Positions 39,234 to 50,851 of a stretch of DNA of 64,000 nt are shown here, in pieces. Each line of letters starts with the position of its first letter. Within the stretch, counting starts at the first letter, position 1. Position numbers and translations under genes: made by a program. The DNA comes from Eledone cirrhosa (Eukaryota), in assembly GCA_964016885.1 (NCBI GenBank), contig OZ024740.1, forward strand, positions 198,214,001 to 198,278,000. Reading direction: 5' to 3'. The notes under the pieces were generated by a model. It worked only from the letters and a program-made list of their open reading frames with translations, searched no databases and was not told the origin of the DNA.

Positions 39234-39289
39234 CCATTCACCAGAGGTTTCTTAAAAGCAAAAAAAGTTTCCTTCAATCTTCAGAATGA
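39234..39289 (-). ncRNA. Hammerhead paralogue (proximal pseudo-LTR), probably inactive
   Basis: UCAUU-CUGAAGA-UUGAAGG..CUUUUAA-GAAA-CC(UCU)GG-UG/AAUGG; GUG violates the NUH rule. Confidence 0.62.
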
Positions 39290-40490
39290 AATATACAAAT
39301 ATATACACACATACAGACACGCACACACACACATATATATATACATATATATATATATGTGTACATATATATATATATATATATACAGACATATATACAT
39401 ACACACATATACACACACATACATATACATACATACATACACATATATATACATACACGTACACATATACATATATACACACAAAAATACATACACATAC
39501 ACATAGGTATGTGAAGGGCAAAACAAAAAGAATATATGGGGTGGGGGGCCTAGAGGAGGTAAAAATATAAAGGGAGGTAAGGGAGAAAAAAATATTTTTT
39601 AAAAACAAGAGTACAGAAGGTAGAAGCAGCAAAATAAAAGCCGTAGCAAAAGTAAAGAGCAGAGAAGGAGTTCAAGGCGGTTGATTTATCGTAGGAGTGT
39701 CAATCCAGTTACAGATCAGATGCGATTTCAGATGAGGACAGCATCCGAAGATCTCAGTCTTAGAGTTAAGGCAAGCGGAAGTGTCTCTCAAGTTTAGCAA
39801 AATCCTATACTTTTCTGTGGTACACAAAGAACAATTCTTTGTGCCCCTTTGGTACTCCCTCGAATGGTCTAATATAGACCAATCAATAGAGTACGGGATA
39901 TTACTATCCTTGAGATCCCATACCTTACTTGCGAGGGCCGTTGATGTTCGTTTATCTGAGTGTTTAAAAGAAGCGACATGTGAGTAAAATCTGGTTTTAA
40001 ACCTGTCCTGGGTCATACCGACATATCGCTCGCTTCTGGCTGGCTGGTTGTTGATAACTGGTGTTATTTTAGCCTCATAAACGACAGATTTTGTTTTACA
40101 TTTACCCTGCAATGGGCATTCGTCCGGCTTCCTGCAACTGCATCCTGGATTTATCCTCGTACGGTTTGAACTGGTGATTTTGGATTTCATGGATGGACAA
40201 CAAGAGTAGCTGATCTTAACTACATTCCTATTAAAAATCTTATAATATCTATGAATAGGAGGAAAATGTTTGTCTAATAGTTCAAGGAATTTCCTTCCTA
40301 CATTAGTTTTGACATTTAGAGATATATATATATATATATACACATGCAAGTGTATATGTATTTAAATATCAATCAATTTTTATAACTTAAAAGAAAAACC
40401 GACACGACATGATTAGACTAAACGTTACAAAACTACATATACTCCACGCGAATACACATTATCTCCCCCCCCCCCCGCTCTCTCTCTCGA

Positions 40491-40522
<32 letters not shown>

Positions 40523-42610
40523 CAGTTATTTCTATATAATGTTTCAGTTGAATAATAAAAAAGAAAGACATGACTATTAAATAGAATATATTTCGTGCTT
40601 AAATACCATATCAGTTGCTGATCTTTATTTTAAATTGTGTCCGTTTCATCGTGAATATTTGAAATAAAATACATATGAACAATACATAATTCCTATATAA
40701 TGATCTGGTTTAATGCTTCTATTACTAATATTGCCTGTGTTTTGTTAGATTTGAGTCTTAGCTGATTTACTATATGACTCTCTTCTATCATTCTAACTTT
40801 GCAATTATTTCCCCAATTTCCTCTCATTTAAATTTTGCTTCTTTTTTTTATTGTTTCATATTCGTTTAATCCGATGTGCTTATTTCTATTGGGCAAACTT
40901 ACTAATGTTGTTGTTATGTGCGCTTTAACTGTCATTTGAAGTACCTTCGAGTACTATTGATGCTTCTGCCTCACCTCTAATTGTGGTCATGGGTGGGTGG
41001 TTCCGAAGCTTTCCTCAGAATCTGTTGGTCTCTGTTGAATCTTGGGAAAATTTATACCACGGCTTGGGGAACATCCAAGCCATATGAGTGAAACTAATTA
41101 AACGGAAGCTGTGTGGAAGACTATCGGATGGATCGCCCCTGTAGTTCAAAGATCCACCCTTATCACATATTTTGTCACACAGATTCAGCTTGAGAATTAT
41201 CTTAATTGTACACGTGTCTGTGCAAACCGCAATTACGTATATGTTAATTTCAGATTTTAACGTTTTGTTGATCAATGAACTAAATGCTCATCGTTGAAAT
41301 CGACAGAGGATCTCATCATCAGACGCTATGTCACATCCGTCAGAATAGTTTTACATAGATAACCAGGTGTGACATACAATGTGCTTCCCCATCTGGGATA
41401 TACCAAATGATACACACCAATACATTCTAAACTGTACCCATCAGCACGGTCTAGAATGTATAAAGTCAATCACCCCTCCTGGACAAATGAACTGTCTCCG
41501 CTTTGCCTTTTCTACTACTACTAAAATAGTTTATTCTCTCCTACTTTGACTGGTTCCATGTCGCTCGCATTCACAGATCATTGATTTCTACAACTCGCAT
41601 CACCCAGCTTGTCTCCGCCACCTCGCTTACGCTATGTAATTCATTAATTGACCTACACTATGGCAAAGTATGTATGTGTATTTTGATTATCTAATGGTTG
41701 AAGAACCGTAGAGTTGATTAAATACACCACATTATAACATTTGGATTCTAGATTTTAACCGTTTCTTGGAAGCTTTCCCGTTAACACTCGTAACTGGCTT
41801 TTCAGACAAATCTAATTTTACACAAATATCATACCCCTCTTACACCATAAAAGATATTCTACGTATGAAAAATTCAATAGTCTCCACATACCACCAGTTA
41901 AGCTGCGTTTAAATATCTTAATAATGCATCTAGAACCATTTGCAATGGCGAATGAAACCCAGGCTGCTGACACAGATGGAGAAAAAATATTCACTTATCT
42001 ATCAGAACTGACTGTATGCATATATAATTATGCGAACATAACTGATATACTACATATCTTACGAATACGAGCATTCTCAACTTGGAAATATAGGCTTATT
42101 ATTCTCTTTTATCTTTCACCTATCTATTTTAACGTTACATTTACGGAGTAATAAAAAACAGAAGTTTTCCTTGGCGAATTCAAGCGTAAAACATTTTAAG
42201 GACATATACTACTTTAGAATCACGGATATGTTTGTTTATCATTTTTTATATAAAATCCACGAAACATTTGGCTTTTGAAAGTTCAAATGATGCATTGATT
42301 TATCACTTTAATATTATATCAAAATGTACATTTCGAAACATTTAAATATTTATTAAAAACAAAATTCATTATATAATCAATAAATGCTTTCTGCATATTA
42401 AAATGGATAATATATTTTTATTTCTCTTCTTTTCCTATCAACTCTACATATTTATATTTATATATCGGAGATAAAAGATCATGTAATATATGTTTGTAAC
42501 AAAGACCTAGCTTTGTCGTTGACAAATATCAACAATTTTGGAGTAATGCTCAATATTATATATATATGATGGATACATAAAATGTGGGAGCATTATTATT
42601 GTGATGTTGT

Positions 42611-42794
42611 AGGGCGGTGATGGCAGTATCGGTAGCGGGTCGGACGCCATGCTTTCCAGCATAGTTACGGCCCTTTACGGTCTGAGTTCAAATCCCGCCG
42701 AGGTTAACTTTGCCTTTCATCCTTACAGGGTCGATAAAATAAAATACCAGTAATGTACTGGATAATAGCTGGCCTTGTGCCAAATATAGAAACA
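42611..42794 (+). mobile_element. SINE family A, full length
   Basis: Matches 2127-2314. 19-bp TSD attattattgtgatgttgt at 42592-42610 and 42795-42813. Confidence 0.92.
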
Positions 42795-44162
42795 ATTATT
42801 ATTGTGATGTTGTGTATAATGATCTTGTTTTTGTTGTTATCATTTTGTACCATAGATATTGAAATGAACCAGCAATGATGAAGGGCTTGGTCATGCTTAC
42901 TGATATAAACATACCCTGTCTTAGATGGTAGTGCACGTTATTGTCAATGACAAGACACATCAATATGCACTCTCACACTTATAGACCGAAGCATATACAT
43001 ACACACCCATATGTAAACTCGTATATGTCTGTAAATAAAGTGCACTAGAAACCACTTAATCAAACAAAGAGAGACCTCAATATATTTGTATGACAGCTAT
43101 ATCCTTGTAGCTGATGTGATGGAACCTCCGTTGCTTTCGACGATTAAACCAACCCCATTACTTGAAAGGCATTTTATTTTACCGATCCCTGAATGATGAA
43201 GTCAACATTGACTTCATAGTTGGGAGTGTCTGAATATGAAATCCGACTTATAGGCAATGCCATTTTCTGCATACCCACCAAATCATCTCGTAATACTATA
43301 TAACATTTTCACAAAGAAACCTTTCAGCATGTTTAATTGAAGGGGAATTCAGCAAATTGGCCAACGTCAGAAATAACGTTTCCTTTTAGTTCATAATGTC
43401 TGGTTTTAGTTTTCTAACACTAAGATTTATCGTAGTGGGTTTCAAGATGTACTGTTATAATGATGGCATATTATATTGATTTTAAATGGATTAGAGGTGA
43501 GACCAATATATGTCTTAGACTGTGGCAGGCACAGTACATTTGAAACGTATAAAATTAAAAATTGCTCATTAGTAACTCCGCAGGCGTTCAATTTGGAACG
43601 GTTTGATAAGGAAAAGTATTTTAATAGTGTTGGTGCGATGGGAAGTAGTTTTAAATAATGTGAAGTATTTTTGCTGTAGGAGCTGAGAATACCATGTTAA
43701 ACGTTATCCTATGTCAATTTTTAACTGCTTTCGTTGGTTCTTTGATATATTTAATTTTCTCATTGAAACGACATCTGGAATGTGCTTCATTGAACGAAAC
43801 TCTGAAGATGAGAAATATTTTAAAGCAGATTCTTCATACATTTAGGTTTATTGGTTGATTTCTAGATATAGTTTAACATTTTCTTAGCTTTGTAATATAT
43901 TAAGGGTAATCTAAGAAATCAATGATGTGTGGTTTAAAATCTATGCTGAGGGAAATTACAAAATGTTTCAAGAATAATTCTAAATTGTTGCTTTTATTGA
44001 AATTGCAGATGATCAAAAATACCATCTCTCCTTATAATTCTTCTTATTAAGCTGCATATATTTCTAAGCATAGGTTTATGTGTATAGAGCTTTCTTTTTC
44101 ACTATCTTTCTCTCGCTCCATCTCCCACTCTCTTTCTCTTTGCTCTCTTTCCCTATATATAT

Positions 44163-44208
<46 letters not shown>

Positions 44209-44753
44209 CGTTTCTGAATTTGTTTAGCAAGATTCTTTATCTGAAATCGTGTGTTGAAACCGATATTGTTATACTTTGGGAGGGTCATGTTGCCAATAAG
44301 AAACACACGCACCAGTTGCTTTCACTTCAATTTAATTTAATATATATTTATAAATTTACAAATTTATAAATTTCTGGTTGGTTGGTTGGTTCCACAACCA
44401 GATAGTTGTTTATATATATATAGTCATAGTTCTTTCGTCACACACTCTGTGACCTCTTCAGTGACTGGGGATTTCTTTCTTCGTTTCTGTGCCTTTCCTT
44501 TCTTCTATCCTACGCCATTTTGTTTGTGTGTGGGTTGCGTGCTCAGTTTGCGCATGCGCCACATCCGGGTGTCTGTGTGTGTTTGTGTTCATTTTTCTAT
44601 TTTTCTATTTTTATATTTATATTTGTTTGTTTATTTATTTATTTATTGTTGGTTGGTTGTTTGTTCTATGTGTGTGTGTGTTTTCATTTTGTCTTGTGTG
44701 TGTTTTCAATTGTAAGTTGTTTATATATGTGTGTGTGTGTTTTCATTTTGTCC

Positions 44754-45896
44754 TTAATTGTAAGTTGTGATGTTGTTGTTCCACTCATATTTTCTATTTA
44801 ATTTTGGTTTTAATTCTTTTATGCTTACTGCCTCTGTAATTTGCCTAAACATTGCGTCTTTCTTGTGTGTGGATTCTATTTTTATTTCTATGCTCTCTAA
44901 TTTACCCCTGTGTTCTATCTTAGCATGTTGGTAGAGCACAGATGATTCTTTACTATCTTGGAGGTCTCGCCAGTGTTCATTTATTCGTTCCCCTATACTA
45001 CGAGCTGTCTCACCTATGTACACTATATTTTTGTTTCTACATTGTCCCTCAGTACATCTTATGCTATATACTACATTTCTAGTTTTACAGTTAATATGGG
45101 GGCTTATTTTACAGGTTATACATTTCTTATCTATACATGAGGGTCTTTGGAACGGGTATGTCTTGCTAATAAGTGTTTTTACGGAGGTACCAGGTCTTTC
45201 TACTATCTTAATATTGAGATTATGTTTCTTTAGGGCCCTTCTAAATTTGTAGGCTAGTTCACCTCTAGGGGTTGTATTGATGAACATTACACTCTGGTAT
45301 TTATTGCTATCATACCATGAGTTTATTCTATTGGCCTTGTTCTTAGTTCTTTCTATTCTATTCCAAAATTTGCTCCTATACAAGGGGCAGGTCCCATTTA
45401 TGTCATTATTTACCATTTTTTCCCATTTGGTTCTGGCTCCTTTATACACTCTGATTCTATCTCTCTGATTGTAGCCAGAGAACTGCATACGGTGGATGAA
45501 GTGTTGTATGTGTCTCTCTAGTTCTTCGGGGTTGCACATGCGGGACACATTTCTCATCACCCGTATCAAATCCGCAATCAGTATGTTGATTTTGGTATGG
45601 TCCGAAATGGCCGAGTTTCGGTGGATCAGATGTTTGGAAGTCATGGGTTTGGCATAATGGGAATGGAGGATTTGTTTTTGGTTGTTAATAGTATCTAACC
45701 AGAGCTCTGTGTCTAGTACAGGTAATCGATGGTTGGGGTGTCTACTTGGGTAGTCTATAGTAACTCTAATGCTCTGGTGGATGGAGTTTGCTATTTGCTG
45801 GATGCTTTCCATTGTGTTTTTCTCAGGTTCCTGACTGTTCTTTAGTGGGGGTGTCTTAACTACGATGTTTATATCATCTACGTAGCGGGAGTACAT
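44754..45896 (-). CDS. PLE polyprotein C-terminal part (RT motif C onward + GIY-YIG endonuclease), 5'-truncated
   Basis: RYVDD, LPVLD, RMQFSGY, Cys-rich linker, VVYSIRCTEGQC..VYIGETARSIGERINEH, HAKIEH, RQITEAVSI..PKLNRK; uninterrupted 380 aa. Confidence 0.9.
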   Translation of the reverse strand: MYSRYVDDINIVVKTPPLKNSQEPEKNTMESIQQIANSIHQSIRVTIDYPSRHPNHRLPVLDTELWLDTINNQKQILHSHYAKPMTSKHLIHRNSAISDHTKINILIADLIRVMRNVSRMCNPEELERHIQHFIHRMQFSGYNQRDRIRVYKGARTKWEKMVNNDINGTCPLYRSKFWNRIERTKNKANRINSWYDSNKYQSVMFINTTPRGELAYKFRRALKKHNLNIKIVERPGTSVKTLISKTYPFQRPSCIDKKCITCKISPHINCKTRNVVYSIRCTEGQCRNKNIVYIGETARSIGERINEHWRDLQDSKESSVLYQHAKIEHRGKLESIEIKIESTHKKDAMFRQITEAVSIKELKPKLNRKYEWNNNITTYN

Positions 45897-45967
45897 TATC
45901 AGGGTTAATCTGTCTTCTAATTGTTCTTTAAGTTAAAGAACAATTAGAAGACAGATTAACCCTGATA

Positions 45968-47110
45968 ATGTACTCCCGCTACGTAGATGATATAAACATC
46001 GTAGTTAAGACACCCCCACTAAAGAACAGTCAGGAACCTGAGAAAAACACAATGGAAAGCATCCAGCAAATAGCAAACTCCATCCACCAGAGCATTAGAG
46101 TTACTATAGACTACCCAAGTAGACACACCAACCATCGATTACCTGTACTAGACACAGAGCTCTGGTTAGATACTATTAACAACCAAAAACAAATCCTCCA
46201 TTCCCATTATGCCAAACCCATGACTTCCAAACATCTGATCCACCGAAACTCGGCCATTTCGGACCATACCAAAATCAACATACTGATTGCGGATTTGATA
46301 CGGGTGATGAGAAATGTGTCCCGCATGTGCAACCCCGAAGAACTAGAGAGACACATACAACACTTCATCCACCGTATGCAGTTCTCTGGCTACAATCAGA
46401 GAGATAGAATCAGAGTGTATAAAGGAGCCAGAACCAAATGGGAAAAAATGGTAAATAATGACATAAATGGGACCTGCCCCTTGTATAGGAGCAAATTTTG
46501 GAATAGAATAGAAAGAACTAAGAACAAGGCCAATAGAATAAACTCATGGTATGATAGCAATAAATACCAGAGTGTAATGTTCATCAATACAACCCCTAGA
46601 GGTGAACTAGCCTACAAATTTAGAAGGGCCCTAAAGAAACATAATCTCAATATTAAGATAGTAGAAAGACCTGGTACCTCCGTAAAAACACTTATTAGCA
46701 AGACATACCCGTTCCAAAGACCCTCATGTATAGATAAGAAATGTATAACCTGTAAAATAAGCCCCCATATTAACTGTAAAACTAGAAATGTAGTATATAG
46801 CATAAGATGTACTGAGGGACAATGTAGAAACAAAAATATAGTGTACATAGGTGAGACAGCTCGTAGTATAGGGGAACGAATAAATGAACACTGGCGAGAC
46901 CTCCAAGATAGTAAAGAATCATCTGTGCTCTACCAACATGCTAAGATAGAACACAGGGGTAAATTAGAGAGCATAGAAATAAAAATAGAATCCACACACA
47001 AGAAAGACGCAATGTTTAGGCAAATTACAGAGGCAGTAAGCATAAAAGAATTAAAACCAAAATTAAATAGAAAATATGAGTGGAACAACAACATCACAAC
47101 TTACAATTAA
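45968..47110 (+). CDS. PLE polyprotein C-terminal part (mirror copy)
   Basis: Identical to 44754-45896 except SRHTNH versus SRHPNH. Confidence 0.9.
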   Translation: MYSRYVDDINIVVKTPPLKNSQEPEKNTMESIQQIANSIHQSIRVTIDYPSRHTNHRLPVLDTELWLDTINNQKQILHSHYAKPMTSKHLIHRNSAISDHTKINILIADLIRVMRNVSRMCNPEELERHIQHFIHRMQFSGYNQRDRIRVYKGARTKWEKMVNNDINGTCPLYRSKFWNRIERTKNKANRINSWYDSNKYQSVMFINTTPRGELAYKFRRALKKHNLNIKIVERPGTSVKTLISKTYPFQRPSCIDKKCITCKISPHINCKTRNVVYSIRCTEGQCRNKNIVYIGETARSIGERINEHWRDLQDSKESSVLYQHAKIEHRGKLESIEIKIESTHKKDAMFRQITEAVSIKELKPKLNRKYEWNNNITTYN

Positions 47111-47397
47111 GGACAAAATGAAAACACACACACACATATATAAACAACTTACAATTGAAAACACACACAAGACAAAATGAAAACACACACACACATAGAA
47201 CAAACAACCAACCAACAATAAATAAATAAATAAACAAACAAATATAAATATAAAAATAGAAAAATAGAAAAATGAACACAAACACACACAGACACCCGGA
47301 TGTGGCGCATGCGCAAACTGAGCACGCAACCCACACACAAACAAAATGGCGTAGGATAGAAGAAAGGAAAGGCACAGAAACGAAGAAAGAAATCCCC

Positions 47398-47442
47398 AGT
47401 CACTGAAGAGGTCACAGAGTGTGTGACGAAAGAACTATGACT
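47398..47442 (+). ncRNA. Minimal type I hammerhead in PLE 3' region (mirror copy 44422-44466 on -)
   Basis: AGUCA-CUGAAGA-g-GUCACA(GAGUG)UGUGAC-GAAA-GAAC-UA/UGACU; one extra nucleotide after A9. Confidence 0.78.
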
Positions 47443-47593
47443 ATATATATATAAACAACTATCTGGTTGTGGAACCAACCAACCAACCAGAAATTTATAA
47501 ATTTGTAAATTTATAAATATATATTAAATTAAATTGAAGTGAAAGCAACTGGTGCGTGTGTTTCTTATTGGCAACATGACCCTCCCAAAGTAT

Positions 47594-48288
<695 letters not shown>

Positions 48289-48765
48289 TTATATATCTAT
48301 CTATCTAATATATATAAAAGTAACTTCTTTGTTCGATCATCATACCAAAAGCTTAACATTATTTGTTTAAGCAGACAGTACCTGATTTAGGTGTTCCAGA
48401 AATCCCATATTGGAATTTACCACCGTTTCCGACGGTCCGGATATATTTTTCAATCATATTTTATTATTTGTTTGACCCGAATAGCTTGTTCGCTTCTATG
48501 GTTTTGCGGTTAATGGTTTAACCATCGTCTCAGTGTGTTTGGCCTTTTAACGTATGTTTTTGCTCTAGTTCACTCGTTTCTATTGAGTGCTTGCCACACA
48601 TTTCGGATGTTGCTTTTCGCTAATTTCCAATAGCCGAAATGCGATTCTCGCTAATTTATATTGTTGCTGAATTGGTAAGTAACTGGTAGATTCTTATTAG
48701 AAAGATAAAGCTATACACGTGTGAATAAGTTTTAAAATATAAGACCATGCTCTCGCTAGAAAAAG

Positions 48766-48809
<44 letters not shown>

Positions 48810-48813
<4 letters not shown>

Positions 48814-48849
48814 GGAAAAAATGAAACGAAATTTCATTTCATACAAACT

Positions 48850-48880
<31 letters not shown>

Positions 48881-49302
48881 GGAAAAGAATGAAACGAAAT
48901 TTCATTTCTCACTCTTAGTACGGCTGATACTTAAATGTAAGTATGTATGTATACGTACATACATATATGTATACAGACGTACAGTAGTATGTATATATAT
49001 ACATACATGCACACATATATATATATGTACGTATGGGTTTACCGAACATTTATTATAATGTTCGGTTCGTTTGTAAACAAACAAACAGCCCTAATTACGT
49101 CGTACAGTGTTCAGGCAACCATCGTCGCCTTTTTGTTCAACACTGACACAGGAACGATGTACTAGTTTCAAGCTTATTAGCTATCGTCAGCATCGTACAC
49201 CTTCCTGCCAGATGATTGAACGTCTGAAAGTATATACTTTCCTTATGCATATTAACGGCTGAGCAGCCTAATTTGCATATGAGTTAGTCGGCCGGGCGAC
49301 TA
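48810..49302 (-). mobile_element. Non-coding HHR-bearing element related to 22671-23537
   Basis: Shares the ACUAGU-type HHR, gcag.ctaatttgcata and aacgaaat..ttc motifs with the 22.7-23.5 kb element; flanked by (TA)n. Confidence 0.6.
49154..49196 (-). ncRNA. Minimal type I hammerhead ribozyme
   Basis: - strand ACGAUG-CUGACGA-u-AGCU(AAUA)AGCU-u-GAAA-CUAG-UA/CAUCGU. 6-bp stem I, palindromic stem III; U.U at base of stem II. Confidence 0.72.
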
Positions 49303-50127
49303 TATATATATTGATAGATAGATAGATTATATATCTATCTATCTAATATATTTATATATATAACTTTGTCTACCGAGAGCATGGTCTTATATTTTAAAAC
49401 CTATTCACACATGTATAGCTTTATCTTTCTAATAAGAATCTACCAGTTACTTACCAATTCAGCAACACCTCAAATATTTTTGTGTTATTTCCTATTTTTT
49501 CAAATTACTTAGACATCTGAGGGTCTATCGCTTATTTTCTTTTCATTCAAAGACTCTATTGCCTTTCGTTATTTAAAATATATTTATATATGTTTAATTT
49601 AACGTCAGCACACGAATACTTATCTAATCTAATTACCCTCAGCGTAACAAATTACGTCCTAGTTCATAATATTCTTAACATGCCTATACGTCCATTTTGG
49701 CTCTTTTTCAATGCTTAACGTTATATTTTTATGTTTTCTCTTAATCTACTTTCGTTCTACAATTTACTTTCAGTAATTTAATGTTTATTTAATAATAAAC
49801 GTACGTTTTATACTACCTCAGCAACTTAATATTTCCACGACTTTCAAAATTTCGCTAAGTTAGTTTAATTCTGTATTACCAAAAAAAAATCCTAATATTA
49901 CACAGTCACTAATTCATTTAATTTAACTAAATTCTATATACCATAATTCCACTTACGACTCAAGAACATTCAATTTTCTTTATCGGCTTTAACGTTCAGC
50001 TATATCAATAATATATATAAGAGTAAATTTTAAAATGTTTTATTATTAGTTACGTTCCCTTTCAACATATAATAGCGTTACTCTTTAATTATAAGTCATT
50101 AGTTTTAGGCCTTTGCTTTTATACAAA

Positions 50128-50229
50128 TACAAGCTGGCGCGTCCGGCTGGCGTCCGGCTAGGTATACCTGCCCCCACCACTCCACCACAAAGATACCACA
50201 CACCCTCCCGTGTCACATTGTCCTTCCTA

Positions 50230-50261
<32 letters not shown>

Positions 50262-50850
50262 CTAACACTTTAATTGTATCTATCTTTGTCTAACGGCCTA
50301 TCTCTCTCATTTCCCGTCCCTCTGTCTTTCTGTCTCTCTCTGTAGATGTGTGTGTGTGTAGTTTTCCTAATCTTTCTCTAAATCTCTCTCTTTTTCTCTC
50401 TCTCTCTCTATCTCTATGTGTATATATTGAAGGGAGATACGGAAACTAAAACAGTGTTGTCATATAGAGAGTAAAGAGCGAGAGAGAGAGAGTAACACAG
50501 TTAAATTATAGAGAGGTTGAAAGAGGGAGAGAGAGAGAGACGATGCTCAACTTTATAATATTCGAGAGCGAAGAGCGACAGAGAGAGTAAAGTAGTTAAA
50601 TTATATAGAGGGGGAATGATCTATTATAGAGAGAGGAAAGAGCGACGGAGAAACGACGCTAAACTTTATAATATTTGAGGGTGAAGAGCGACAGAGAGAG
50701 TAAAGCAGTTAAATTATAGAGAGGGGGAATGATCTATTATAGAGAGAGGGAAGAGCGACGGAGAGAGTAAAGCTAACAAACTATAGGGAGGTGTGAAGGA
50801 TACATACATACATAATACACACGACACTCAGCTTTATAATATTATAAATA
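50128..50850 (-). mobile_element. Probable non-autonomous Helitron
   Basis: - strand starts tatttataatattataaagctgagtgtcg (Helitron-like 5' end) and ends with GC-rich ccggacgccagccgg followed by cagCTTGt (CTRR-like). Internal ~113-bp tandem repeat at 50540-50765. Confidence 0.5.
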
Positions 50851-50851
50851 T

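Larger units (their letters stand above)
37700..40322 (-). mobile_element. Penelope-like element: GIY-YIG region (39672-40322) followed by two diverged, (TG)n-expanded pseudo-LTR copies
   Basis: SLNVKTNVGRKFLELLDKHFP, IFNRNVVKISYSC, CSCRKPDECPLQGKC, VVYEA..RYVGMT..FKTRFYSH, CSLCTTEK. Direct repeat 37737-37805 ~ 39222-39291 carries the HHR. Confidence 0.85.

Noticed and set aside
40930-41290. Higher-complexity stretch with an 86-aa ORF that might be a host exon (also 780-1400, 1700-2000)
   Set aside because: No recognisable domain or convincing splice-bounded frame; needs BLASTX or RNA-seq
41290-41330. - strand ctgatga followed by a hairpin (similar weak hits at ~2660 and ~3772)
   Set aside because: GAAA/UH or stems missing; expected by chance in AT-rich DNA
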